A stretch of DNA of 64,000 nucleotides from Candidatus Latescibacterota bacterium (GTDB taxonomy: Bacteria; Latescibacterota; UBA2968; UBA8231): NCBI GenBank assembly GCA_965243025.1, contig CBDETY010000003.1, forward strand, positions 6,560,001 to 6,624,000, in the 5' to 3' direction. Under the pieces are notes generated by a model that saw only the letters and a program-made list of their open reading frames with translations, was not told the origin of the DNA and did no database searches. The position numbers and the translations under genes were made by a program. Below are positions 29,074 through 38,037 of the stretch, piece after piece. Within the stretch, counting starts at the first letter, position 1. Each line of letters opens with the position of its first letter.

Positions 29074-30887
29074 GGCGTCCGTTCCACAAGCTGGCTTCCT
29101 AGCACGTCCCAGATAGAACGGAACTGCTCAAGAATCTCCCGTTCCTTCTCCGCCTGCCCCTCGAGCTGCTCTTGTTCTAGGAAGTCCAGGTAGCGGTGGA
29201 CCTTGCGGTCCACATCTCCAACTGTAGCGGGGTCGCGTAACCAAGCCTTCAGCACATCCTCCAGCGTGGGCGCCCACCGGTCCGGTGGTCCAGTCGCCAA
29301 CGTCGACGTCTGGTTTAGCTCGGGTTCCTCATTCCAGTCACCGCCCCCGTCCAAGAGAACGTCGCTTGTCAGGATCGAGCGAATCCAGAGCAGGAAACTT
29401 CGAGGATCAAGGTAGCGTGCAAGAGCACGATGATCTCGGTCGGCACTTGGCGGGGGATCCAGGGGGGTACGCTGAAACCAGCGGATACATTTCCCGCCCA
29501 ATCTCACTTCGCAGTGTACCAGCTCTGTAGTCTCGGCAGGGGAAATTGGCGACAGCTGGAGCGAAGTGGCATTCCGAGGCCAAAGGGTCAATGGCTGTGC
29601 GAGAAGGCCCACCCAGAGTTCGGCACTGGGGTCATCTGGATGTGGCAATTTCCTCGCTACGATCAGTGGGCTCTCGTCCATGATCCTCTGGACAGCAGTC
29701 CAGCGTGATGTGACCTCCCGGTGCGCCTTTTCTAGCCGCTCGTCCATATCATCTAGCTCGGGTGGCTTGAGCGATTCTAGATCTGCAATTCGTCCGATCT
29801 CATCAAGAAAACCATGGAGCCCTGCGCCGACATCGCGTCCGACGGAAAGACGCGCCACAATCTCCACGTTCGGTCCACACCATCCGCGCCGTGTGACGTT
29901 TGCGCTACCCAGCCAGAGCGTTCGTCCACCCTGATGTTCTGCGTAGACCAGTTTCGCGTGAAGGCCCCGGGCTTCTGGTTGTTCATCTTCAGAACCCTCG
30001 CTAAGGTCGTCTTCCAGAGGCGTAAAACGATCCATTTCGGGGGAAGGGGCTCCCAAATAGAGCACGTCCCTATAGGTAGAAAGCGGCCGTGAAGATTGAG
30101 CAGTGAGCTTACCCAACTCGGGAAGCGTCGAAACCAACACCCGGTGGGTCTGCTCATTCCCCCAGTGTCCGAAATAGTTCACCATCGAACCATCTAGGAA
30201 CGGGCTCACCACCATAAGCTTCCGGATACCGGAAGGAGCCTCCGGGATCGCTCTCTCACTCTCCAGCAATAGCCGAACGTCCTCCACAGTGCACCCTGTG
30301 GGCATTTCCCATCGGACAGACTGGAGTTGCTTAAATACATAGTTTTTCCGGACGTCCTTCAGGTCCGCTCTAGCCACGAGTTCGCGTCCTAGCTCAGGCA
30401 CGCCGGGGATCAGCCTACCAACGGGTCCCTGATGGCCGACCAAGACCAACCCGACATCCCAGGAAGTGTCCTGTGTGAGGTTTCGGCTTCCGAGCCATAG
30501 TCTCCACTGAACCCCCTTCCCATCCTCGGCAGTCATTCGGATCAATCCGGCTTTCGGATGCCACGAGCCTTCCGTCTCGTTCATCTCCACCTCACGAATG
30601 AATCGGTCAAGGATGCAAAGAATTTTCGGCGTCTTCCCGGATGCTGTGATTCGACCAGCTTGGACCAAGATGCGGATTCGGTCGCGAAGTGTCTCGATTG
30701 CGTTTGCGAAATCCACTTTGCTTCCCGAACCCCGCTCGTCGTCGAGTCCGGCTAGAGAGAGAAGCGACGCCACAACCGTAACGAGGTCAGCCGAGTATGT
30801 TGTCAGGACAGCAAAATCCGTGCGCCAAGCCGGCTCTGGACGAAGGCCATCCAAATAGGGCAGACTTCCCCATTCCTTCTTTTTCAC
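29070..30887 (-). CDS. Phospholipase D-superfamily nuclease with two HxK...GSxN motifs
   Basis: WHPK...WLGSRNLT and LHAK...WLGSANVT. GTG start at 30887 overlaps the upstream stop (GTGA). Confidence 0.82.
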   Translation of the reverse strand: MKKKEWGSLPYLDGLRPEPAWRTDFAVLTTYSADLVTVVASLLSLAGLDDERGSGSKVDFANAIETLRDRIRILVQAGRITASGKTPKILCILDRFIREVEMNETEGSWHPKAGLIRMTAEDGKGVQWRLWLGSRNLTQDTSWDVGLVLVGHQGPVGRLIPGVPELGRELVARADLKDVRKNYVFKQLQSVRWEMPTGCTVEDVRLLLESERAIPEAPSGIRKLMVVSPFLDGSMVNYFGHWGNEQTHRVLVSTLPELGKLTAQSSRPLSTYRDVLYLGAPSPEMDRFTPLEDDLSEGSEDEQPEARGLHAKLVYAEHQGGRTLWLGSANVTRRGWCGPNVEIVARLSVGRDVGAGLHGFLDEIGRIADLESLKPPELDDMDERLEKAHREVTSRWTAVQRIMDESPLIVARKLPHPDDPSAELWVGLLAQPLTLWPRNATSLQLSPISPAETTELVHCEVRLGGKCIRWFQRTPLDPPPSADRDHRALARYLDPRSFLLWIRSILTSDVLLDGGGDWNEEPELNQTSTLATGPPDRWAPTLEDVLKAWLRDPATVGDVDRKVHRYLDFLEQEQLEGQAEKEREILEQFRSIWDVLGSQLVERTP

Positions 30888-32095
30888 GGCGCCACCTGTA
30901 GATCCAGCAGCAGGCGTCGCACTTGTCGCCATCGGTAGTGAAGTGGCTCGGCTTTTGGATGTTCCTCGGGCAGCCACTCTTGACGCTTCTCTCGGCCTGC
31001 GATCGAATGGACGAGTCTTGCCCGACGCCCCTTTCGGCGACGTTCGGCTTCCTCATAGATATGGTGGAGCTCCATAAGAATAGGTTTCGGTTGCTTAAGC
31101 CATTCCTGAGTTTCTCGCAGAACAGTCAGGATTCCTTCGTTTATGCCGTTTGGGGCGTCATTTCGCACCGTTGCGACGTCGAGCTTCAGGGCCTCCTCCC
31201 GGTGATCCTCCACGACAGCTCTCAAATATCCGCGGTGCAGATTCTCGGTTGGGTGGCCATCCATCTCCCGCATTTCCTCGACCAGCGCTGCGTAGACACC
31301 ACGTCCCACTGCGGAAAGCGCTGCTACCTGACCCGCATGCCACAGTGCTTTGCGATCTTCCGGCTCGGCCCCGTAGAACACCTTGGGGTCCCACAAATCG
31401 GAGCTGTCCCCGAGCGGAACGTTGACGAGACGCGCGAGAAGGGACGGTGCACCTTCCCCGCCTGGACGATGCACGGTGAGAAGCGTGCTTCGTAAGAAAC
31501 GCGCTTCGTCGTTCCGGAGAGAAAAATCCAATGGCGTACTCGGGTCGTTCCACTCCTTTGGAGGCTTAGGGACTGCTCCGAATACGGAGTCGCTCTCTTC
31601 AAGAAACTGGTGATCGTCATCACGGAACCTGACATCGGAAGTCCGCCGCGCGAAGTGCCGATGTACGCTCGACCGGGCAGGGTACGAGCCGCTTGGAAGA
31701 GACCTCAGAATTCGCCAAGCACGGAGCGCCGTCCAATAGACCATTGAGGCAGGCTGGCTCGTAGGCTTTGGATAGGATCGGCTCCCGATCACCCCATCTA
31801 TACCTGAACGTCTAAGCCGCCCAGCGAGCGCAATCTCTTCCTTAACCAAAGCCGCAGTGATTCGTCGTTCACGCTTCTCAAAAAGCCTGTTATAGAGCCA
31901 CGGTACGAATAGCGCATACCTTAGGCGCGTGTGGAGAACCGAGGTGCCAGGAAAGAACCGATCCGCATAGGCTTGATGGAGTGAAAGAAAGCCTACTTCA
32001 TCTCGAACCCCTTGGAGATCATCCCGAAGCTGCGTCTCTGCGCGCTTTAGAGCCTCTCGCGACAACAAGGTCCACCCCAGTGCTGACTTAACCAC
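30884..32095 (-). CDS. DUF6361-like protein
   Basis: N-terminal LGW...RDEVGF...ADRFFPGTSVLHTRLRYALFVPW and C-terminal LHYRW pattern, recalled for this family. First gene of a coupled three-gene operon. Confidence 0.7.
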   Translation of the reverse strand: MVKSALGWTLLSREALKRAETQLRDDLQGVRDEVGFLSLHQAYADRFFPGTSVLHTRLRYALFVPWLYNRLFEKRERRITAALVKEEIALAGRLRRSGIDGVIGSRSYPKPTSQPASMVYWTALRAWRILRSLPSGSYPARSSVHRHFARRTSDVRFRDDDHQFLEESDSVFGAVPKPPKEWNDPSTPLDFSLRNDEARFLRSTLLTVHRPGGEGAPSLLARLVNVPLGDSSDLWDPKVFYGAEPEDRKALWHAGQVAALSAVGRGVYAALVEEMREMDGHPTENLHRGYLRAVVEDHREEALKLDVATVRNDAPNGINEGILTVLRETQEWLKQPKPILMELHHIYEEAERRRKGRRARLVHSIAGREKRQEWLPEEHPKAEPLHYRWRQVRRLLLDLQVAP

Positions 32096-32183
32096 GTCCT
32101 GTCAATCGCGTGTATGAATGAAAATCAAAATCAATCCTGGAGCTTCTTCATGACACTACTACTGTACTGTGGCAGAGAATCAG

Positions 32184-34508
32184 TTATTGACTGCCAGGCG
32201 GTCTTCTAGCAGATGAAGGGACACCTGTGCCCCATGGGACGACAACACAAACCACACATCGTTCCTCCGGTGCCTCTGGCATGGAGCAGACCCGAATCCT
32301 GTTTGATAGCGGAAGCAAGGCCGCCTCGCTACTCGGACAATAGCCGACAACAACGAACAATACCCGTGAGCAGAGGGACAGACTGTAGCGTCTAGCCTGC
32401 CATGCGTATTGGGAGCAGGCGTCGAAAGGGTTCTGAATCTTTTCCTTCAGGACTTTATTTTCGACTACGATCCGATTGTACAGGATGAGGTCGGCTTCTC
32501 CACCCCCGAGTTTTGAGCCTTCTTCAACAATAGAATTACGTGAATGAAGATGTTCGCGCAGCTTCCCTTGCAATTGAGATTCGGAGAGATCCTCAAAAGA
32601 GGTCCAAGCCCCGGTTTTCTCAATCATGTCAACGAAGGAGGCGAGGTCCCGGAGTGTGTCCGAGACGGCCTTGTGAAACGAAGCCGGTAGTCCAGTTGGG
32701 AGACGTGAATTCAATCCCATGGCGATACAATTATTAACGTCGTGATCTTCAGACAACCAATCTTGAGGCAAGGTTAAGTCATCTTTCTGAAACGTGACAA
32801 GCGGTGGTCGGCCCCTTTGGAGAACTTCCGCACATTCAAGACTACAGAGGCCATTTTTTCTTGCTATCTCCACCCATTCATCGCAAAGGATGTCGGTTAC
32901 TTTTGCAGCACGGTCTGCTTGCTCGTCCATGACAAGATGGAAGGTCTCGAAGAACACGATCCGAGATGCCAACGCCACCAATGCCACTCGATTACGTGGC
33001 GTAAACACGAAACCGCATTGCTTCTGGTGCTCATATGCCTGGGACCACCGTTCGGGATCGAAAAAAAGGTTAGGGGTGCCAACGTGGCCACCATCCGTCC
33101 TTGTGAGAATATCGCCGCCTCGAACAACGACCTTGTTAAACGGAAGATCCACGAGGACTTCTTCATGCCTTAGGTTAGCCCCGCATTCGGCCAAATCTGG
33201 TATTACGCTCGCTAGTTCGACTGCTTTGACATGTATCTTTCCTTCGGTATCCCGGCAGCCCTGATCTGTCGAGAGTGCCTTAAGTAACTTCCGCCATTTT
33301 AGGGCCCGGGTATCTCGTTTGTCTTCGTCTGGGAGATTCTCAAGGCCCGCGATAAAGCGCGCGGCGAACGCATACGCCCTATAGTAGACACGTCGTTCCT
33401 GGATCGCTTGAGCGATCTTCAGTGAATGTTCCCCACCACACTTCAAGGTTGTCGACCTTAACTCTCCACCGATGACACCAATGAAGATGTCGTCGGAGAT
33501 TCCCGAAAACAGATCCGCGATCGAATAACTCGCACTATGTTCCTCCTCGGCGAGCCGGACCAATCGTTGCAGCATGGCTTCAGCTGCCCGGACTTTGTGG
33601 TGGTAGTAAAGCCGATCATGGAGAAGGACGCGAGCGATAATCAATTGCTCGTAGGAGCCGAGGCCAGCCTGGGAGATTCCCATATCGTAGAAGCGGCCTT
33701 CTTGACTCTGTTCAGCACGGTCTCGCAGCTCTTGATTTGGTGCTGCATCCGGCGATACGACGACCACTTCGAGCTTGCTTATCAGCCTCGTCAGGTCGAT
33801 TCCGAGTGGAAGTCCAGAGTGATGGCAGTCGCGAGCGATGTAGTCGAGCTTGTCGGCGTCCACTGGGCCGCTGATTATCCCCGAGAGGTAGCTCGCATGC
33901 AGACAGCTCCGGGAGCCCAAAATCCGCGCCGCGATAGCTTCAGGTAGTTGAGTAGACCTGGTGGCGGCAGTTAAATTCGAATGTGTAAGGATTTTTTCCA
34001 TCGCACCACTGAGAACAATTAGCGCAGCGATAGTCTCCCCGGGGGCAATCGACGTTACTCCTTCGAAGGAACTCCGGAGCACGTTGGCTGCGCTAAGGAA
34101 CTCGTTCTCGTACCGTTCTTCGATCAGTCGCTCGGTCGCGTGGCTGAAAGGGCCATGCCCGATATCGTGCAGAAGAGCCGCAAGCCTAGTGGCGTAGCGA
34201 TCCTCTTCGCTCACCGACGGTACGTTCTCGTCCCTGTCCTTTCCAAAGATTCGTCTATGAGAAGCGTTCCTCTCAAGAGCTTGAATCATGCGCTCCGCAG
34301 CTTCTACAACCCCCCGCGTGTGTTCCAAACGGTCATGTCCGGCCCCTGGATAGACAAGATGCGCCATTCCGAGCTGTCGTACTCCTCGCAGCCGCTGGAG
34401 TAACGGAGAGTCCAAAAGCACCGTTTCCCAAGGCAGGAGTTCTACGACGCCCCACACAGGGTCGTTAAATGTCTTCGGATACGCAGCGTGTGGCGCCGTG
34501 GAGTTCAA
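32184..34508 (-). CDS. SAMHD1/YwfO-like HD phosphohydrolase fused to a C-terminal PD-(D/E)xK-like domain
   Basis: DPVWG, QRLRGVRQLG, HDRLEH, LLHDIGHGPFSH, DADKLDY and YYHHK motifs; C-terminal ESQLQ...GEADL...VENK...QARRY. Confidence 0.85.
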   Translation of the reverse strand: MNSTAPHAAYPKTFNDPVWGVVELLPWETVLLDSPLLQRLRGVRQLGMAHLVYPGAGHDRLEHTRGVVEAAERMIQALERNASHRRIFGKDRDENVPSVSEEDRYATRLAALLHDIGHGPFSHATERLIEERYENEFLSAANVLRSSFEGVTSIAPGETIAALIVLSGAMEKILTHSNLTAATRSTQLPEAIAARILGSRSCLHASYLSGIISGPVDADKLDYIARDCHHSGLPLGIDLTRLISKLEVVVVSPDAAPNQELRDRAEQSQEGRFYDMGISQAGLGSYEQLIIARVLLHDRLYYHHKVRAAEAMLQRLVRLAEEEHSASYSIADLFSGISDDIFIGVIGGELRSTTLKCGGEHSLKIAQAIQERRVYYRAYAFAARFIAGLENLPDEDKRDTRALKWRKLLKALSTDQGCRDTEGKIHVKAVELASVIPDLAECGANLRHEEVLVDLPFNKVVVRGGDILTRTDGGHVGTPNLFFDPERWSQAYEHQKQCGFVFTPRNRVALVALASRIVFFETFHLVMDEQADRAAKVTDILCDEWVEIARKNGLCSLECAEVLQRGRPPLVTFQKDDLTLPQDWLSEDHDVNNCIAMGLNSRLPTGLPASFHKAVSDTLRDLASFVDMIEKTGAWTSFEDLSESQLQGKLREHLHSRNSIVEEGSKLGGGEADLILYNRIVVENKVLKEKIQNPFDACSQYAWQARRYSLSLCSRVLFVVVGYCPSSEAALLPLSNRIRVCSMPEAPEERCVVCVVVPWGTGVPSSARRPPGSQ

Positions 34509-34691
34509 TCTCTCCAGCGCGGGCTCTGTCCACTGTTCAGCCAGACTACCAAGCTCACGCCATAGAATTGGGGCTGCGCTCTCTAGATCGGAACGAAGCT
34601 TCGAAGGATCGATCAGAGTCGAGTCTCCATGTCTCTCACCAGCCTGAGTTCGACTTAAGTGCCACCTTTAAAACTACTGGAATCGAACGGA

Positions 34692-35117
34692 TTAGTACTC
34701 TTCTATGGCTGGCTCAGGGAAAGCGCTCATCGAGCTACTCGCTTCATCGACAGCGCTCTGGAGAAGCTCCCCCCACTTAACGGCTTCCTCTTCTGATACT
34801 GCAAGATCTGACAATATCTGCCGAGCCGCATTGCGGCTGATTTGTACTTGTGTCGATTGGTAAGATGGATTAGGTGCGGTCGTGAGCTGGGCACGCTGCG
34901 CCCAGTCCAGTAATGCGGGTAACTCCACACATTGAAGCCCAATTCGGGAGTCCACAAAGTGAAGCTGGTCGCGGACCCAATTCGGGCATGACTCGTGCTC
35001 CACGGCCGTTTTGAGTGCCCGATCTAGGATTCCGTGCGAAGTCGGTATTCGGTCCCCACCACCGCCCAAAATCCAACTGGCGACAAGCAATTCCGTGGTG
35101 TCGAGAAGATGGCGCAT
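34692..35117 (-). CDS. Small hypothetical protein (141 aa, possible winged-helix partner of the HD protein)
   Basis: ATG 35117 with GGAG RBS; co-oriented, 183 bp upstream of the HD gene. Confidence 0.65.
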   Translation of the reverse strand: MRHLLDTTELLVASWILGGGGDRIPTSHGILDRALKTAVEHESCPNWVRDQLHFVDSRIGLQCVELPALLDWAQRAQLTTAPNPSYQSTQVQISRNAARQILSDLAVSEEEAVKWGELLQSAVDEASSSMSAFPEPAIEEY

Positions 35118-35473
35118 CGTCAGTTTCTCCGAAGTGTCAAAACAAATGGGGTTTCCTGGCGCTTTTTTGGCTTCTGATCCGTTCGGTTTCCAATCCGTTC
35201 GTTGATTTGCTCGATAATCCTTCGAGACCACCAATTTGGGAGGTCGTCCTCTCTGGCAAAGAATGCACATTCGTGCACTATATGTCAAGAAAATGTGTCA
35301 ATCTACGCATTCTATCCTTGAAATACAGTAGGACAATCGGTCCCATAACAATTGTCTTCCCGAATATCCCCTGGGCCTCTCGGGAATTGCAGATGCTTCT
35401 GAGTTGGCTCTGAAATGCGTTTGCCTTTGCCCACGCGGTTTCCAGTTCCTTGGTCAACTAACTTGCCCGCAGA

Positions 35474-35884
35474 CTAGTGCCGCTTCCCCCGGTGATGGCG
35501 CCGCCCCCCGCGTCTCACAAACCGCTTGTGCCGTTCGAGGTGGCGATTCAGCCGCCGCCGCTGATCCTCCGTAAGCAGAGGCTCCAGCGCCGCCCTTGCG
35601 GAATCGAGGTGTGCCCGGCGCTCCCGGTTCCTGGCGGTCCGGGTGGCGCGCATGCGCTCGTCGATGCGGCGCAGAACGGCGGCTATTTCCGCCCGCCGTG
35701 TCTCCTCGATCGGGGCGATGGCCCGGCGGATTCCTGCGGTGAAGTGGGCGGGCCGCGCCAGGCTCAGGGCGTCGCGGAAACGGTGGCGCTGGAAGGCGCT
35801 GAATCCGAGCGCCCCCAGCACCATCCCGATCACGAGGGTGGCGATGAGTATGGCGGCGCTCCTGGTACCGGAGGACACGGTCAC
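35474..35884 (-). CDS. Membrane-anchored periplasmic helical protein (CpxP/heavy-metal-sensor-like), third gene of the ECF operon
   Basis: GTG start overlaps the anti-sigma stop; one TM helix; LLTEDQ motif. Confidence 0.65.
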   Translation of the reverse strand: MTVSSGTRSAAILIATLVIGMVLGALGFSAFQRHRFRDALSLARPAHFTAGIRRAIAPIEETRRAEIAAVLRRIDERMRATRTARNRERRAHLDSARAALEPLLTEDQRRRLNRHLERHKRFVRRGGRRHHRGKRH

Positions 35885-36300
35885 ATCTCCATGATTTCGG
35901 CGGTTTCCACCGAGACCGGCGGCACGGCGAAGGTGACCTCGAGGAAGGAAGAATCCTCGGACATCAGGTCGCGGTCGCGCCAGTTCAGGACGGCCAGGAA
36001 AACAGCCGCGGCGAGTGTGACCGGCACCAGGGGGCGGAAGGCGCGCATCAGCCCGTCGGCGAAGCTGCCCGGCTCGCCGCGCTCGCCGCGCAGGCGCGCC
36101 ATGACGCGGGTGGAGAAGAACGGGTCGAAGCGCTCGGCACGCGTCCCGGAAACCAGGTCCCCGACCTGGCGCATCTGCTCCCACTCGGCCCGGAAGCTTT
36201 CATCCGACGACAGCAGGTGCTCGAAACGGGCTTTCTCCGTTTCTCCGAGCTCGCCGCCTAAGGCGAGAGCCAGCAGGCGTTCGCGTTCACTCTTGGTCAT
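35881..36300 (-). CDS. Putative anti-sigma factor
   Basis: N-terminal ASD-like helices (GELGETEKARFEHLL), one TM segment; overlaps the sigma gene. Confidence 0.75.
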   Translation of the reverse strand: MTKSERERLLALALGGELGETEKARFEHLLSSDESFRAEWEQMRQVGDLVSGTRAERFDPFFSTRVMARLRGERGEPGSFADGLMRAFRPLVPVTLAAAVFLAVLNWRDRDLMSEDSSFLEVTFAVPPVSVETAEIMEM

Positions 36301-36862
36301 GGTCCAGCCTCCCCTGCATGATCCCCTTCAAGTTCGCCATGCCGCGCGACAGGCGCGACAGCACCGTTCCTTCGGGTATGTCGAGGGCCTCGGCGGTCTC
36401 CCGGGTCGAGTACTCCCGGATCATGCGCAGCACCACGACGGCGCGGTGATCCGGTTTGAGCTGTTGCAGCGCCGCCTGCACCTCGGCCCTCGTGTCGGCC
36501 TGGTCCCTGAGCGCCGCTCCGTCAGTGGCCGGGGCGGGAGCCGGGTCTTCCTCGCTGTCCAGGCTCCAGAACCGCCACCGGGACCGCTGCCGGCTCTTCG
36601 AGGCGTTGAGCGACAGGTTGATGGCGATCCGGGTAAGATAGGTGCCGAGGGCCGACTCGCCGCGAAAGCGGCCGAGAGCGGCGTGGAAGCGGATGAACGT
36701 CTCCTGGCCGACGTCCTCGGCATCCGGTCCCGGTCCCAGCATGCCCACCGCGGTGGCGGCGACCAGCGATTCGTAGCGCTCGACCAGCATGCGAAAGGCA
36801 TCGTCGTCTCCGTCGCGCGCGCGCCTCGTCAGGTCGAGGTCAGACGGCAGTTCCACACCCAT
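36287..36862 (-). CDS. ECF RNA polymerase sigma-70 factor
   Basis: Region 2 AEDVGQETFIRF...TYLTRIAIN and region 4 YSTRETAEALDIPEGTVLSRLSRG. The true start may be GTG 36856. Confidence 0.93.
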   Translation of the reverse strand: MGVELPSDLDLTRRARDGDDDAFRMLVERYESLVAATAVGMLGPGPDAEDVGQETFIRFHAALGRFRGESALGTYLTRIAINLSLNASKSRQRSRWRFWSLDSEEDPAPAPATDGAALRDQADTRAEVQAALQQLKPDHRAVVVLRMIREYSTRETAEALDIPEGTVLSRLSRGMANLKGIMQGRLDHDQE

Positions 36863-36890
36863 TGGACAACCGAAGTCCCCGCTTCATTCC
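36859..36890 (-). promoter_or_regulatory. Putative autoregulatory ECF promoter GGAATGAA-N12-GTTGTCCAATGG
   Basis: Abuts the sigma start; an exact copy of the motif is at 14644-14675. Confidence 0.75.
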
Positions 36891-36891
36891 A

Positions 36892-37851
36892 TCACTCCAC
36901 CGATTCCTGGATTTTCCGGACCGCCGCGAGGACGTCCCCGGGCAGCGGCCCTTTCAGGCCGGCCCGGAAATTGGCCTCCATTTCTGCGGGGGTCTGCGCT
37001 CCGGGAATGACGGTGTGGATGGCGGGATTGGAGAGGATGTAGCGCAGGCCGAGTTCGTTCATCGGGATGCCGGTCTCGTCGCTGAACCGGTAGAAGCGGC
37101 CGATCAGCTCCAGGGCGCGCGCGTCGAGCAGGCTGCCGGGGACCCCGGGGTTTTTCTTCAGCTCTTCGAGGCGGCCGCGCTGCACCGCGGACAGCATGCC
37201 GTCGCAGAAGGGGCCTCCCGCGACGATGCCGATGTCGTGGGCGCGCGCCGCCGGCAGCAGCCGCTCCGCTATCGGCTGCTGCAGCAGGGTGTAGCCGTTG
37301 GCGATCTCGACGACGTCGAAGCGCCCGGTCCCGGCGAGGCGCGCCGGAAACGGCGCCCGGTTGCTGCCGATGCCGATGGCGCCGACGACCCCTTCCTCCC
37401 GGAGATCCTCCAGCACCCGGAGCACGGGCGCCTCGGGGTTGTCGTCCCACCCCCAGGCCTCCTCCTCCGGCTCGTGGATGAACAGCATGTCGAGGCGGTC
37501 CCTGCGCAGCAGCCAGAGGGTGTGGTCGACGACGCGGCGGATGCAGTCCTCGCTGCGGTACGCCTCGGCCCCGAGGTAGGGGACGATGGACCGCCGCAGC
37601 TGCCCGATCTTCGAGCTGATGAAGACGCGGCTGTCCGGGCGGCTGGCGAGCACCCGGCCGATCAGCTCCTCGCTTTCGCCGCAGCCGTAGGACGGGGCGG
37701 TGTCCATGTAGTTGATGCCGAGGTCCACGGCGCGCTCGAGCAGGGCCAGGGCGTCGGTGCGCGGCACGCCGAACTCGCTGGTGAACCGGTAGGTGCCCAG
37801 GGCGATGCGCGTGACCTCGTACCCGGTGCGTCCCAGGATCCGTTTTTCCAT
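36892..37851 (-). CDS. Aldo/keto reductase
   Basis: GINYMDTAPSYG...SEELIG, ISSK, LFIHEP and VIPGA motifs. Confidence 0.92.
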   Translation of the reverse strand: MEKRILGRTGYEVTRIALGTYRFTSEFGVPRTDALALLERAVDLGINYMDTAPSYGCGESEELIGRVLASRPDSRVFISSKIGQLRRSIVPYLGAEAYRSEDCIRRVVDHTLWLLRRDRLDMLFIHEPEEEAWGWDDNPEAPVLRVLEDLREEGVVGAIGIGSNRAPFPARLAGTGRFDVVEIANGYTLLQQPIAERLLPAARAHDIGIVAGGPFCDGMLSAVQRGRLEELKKNPGVPGSLLDARALELIGRFYRFSDETGIPMNELGLRYILSNPAIHTVIPGAQTPAEMEANFRAGLKGPLPGDVLAAVRKIQESVE

Positions 37852-38037
37852 CTCTTTCGCCTCCTCAGGCGCTCACAACCTCGGGTCGACCGCTCTGCCT
37901 GAAAGATGCGGTCCCGCGAGTTGCTGTCGACCTCCCGATCACTGAAGTTGATCCCCGCGACCGATGAAGAGGTGAGGAACTGATCAAGCTTCCGCGCTTT
38001 CCCGCACCCGTTTCCGCAACCGACCCGGAGGCCGACC

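Noticed and set aside
20428-35460. Weak inverted similarity at the island edges (GTTGACAAGG versus CCTTGGTCAAC)
   Set aside because: It is only about 10 bp with an indel, there is no associated transposase or target duplication, and it is compatible with chance.
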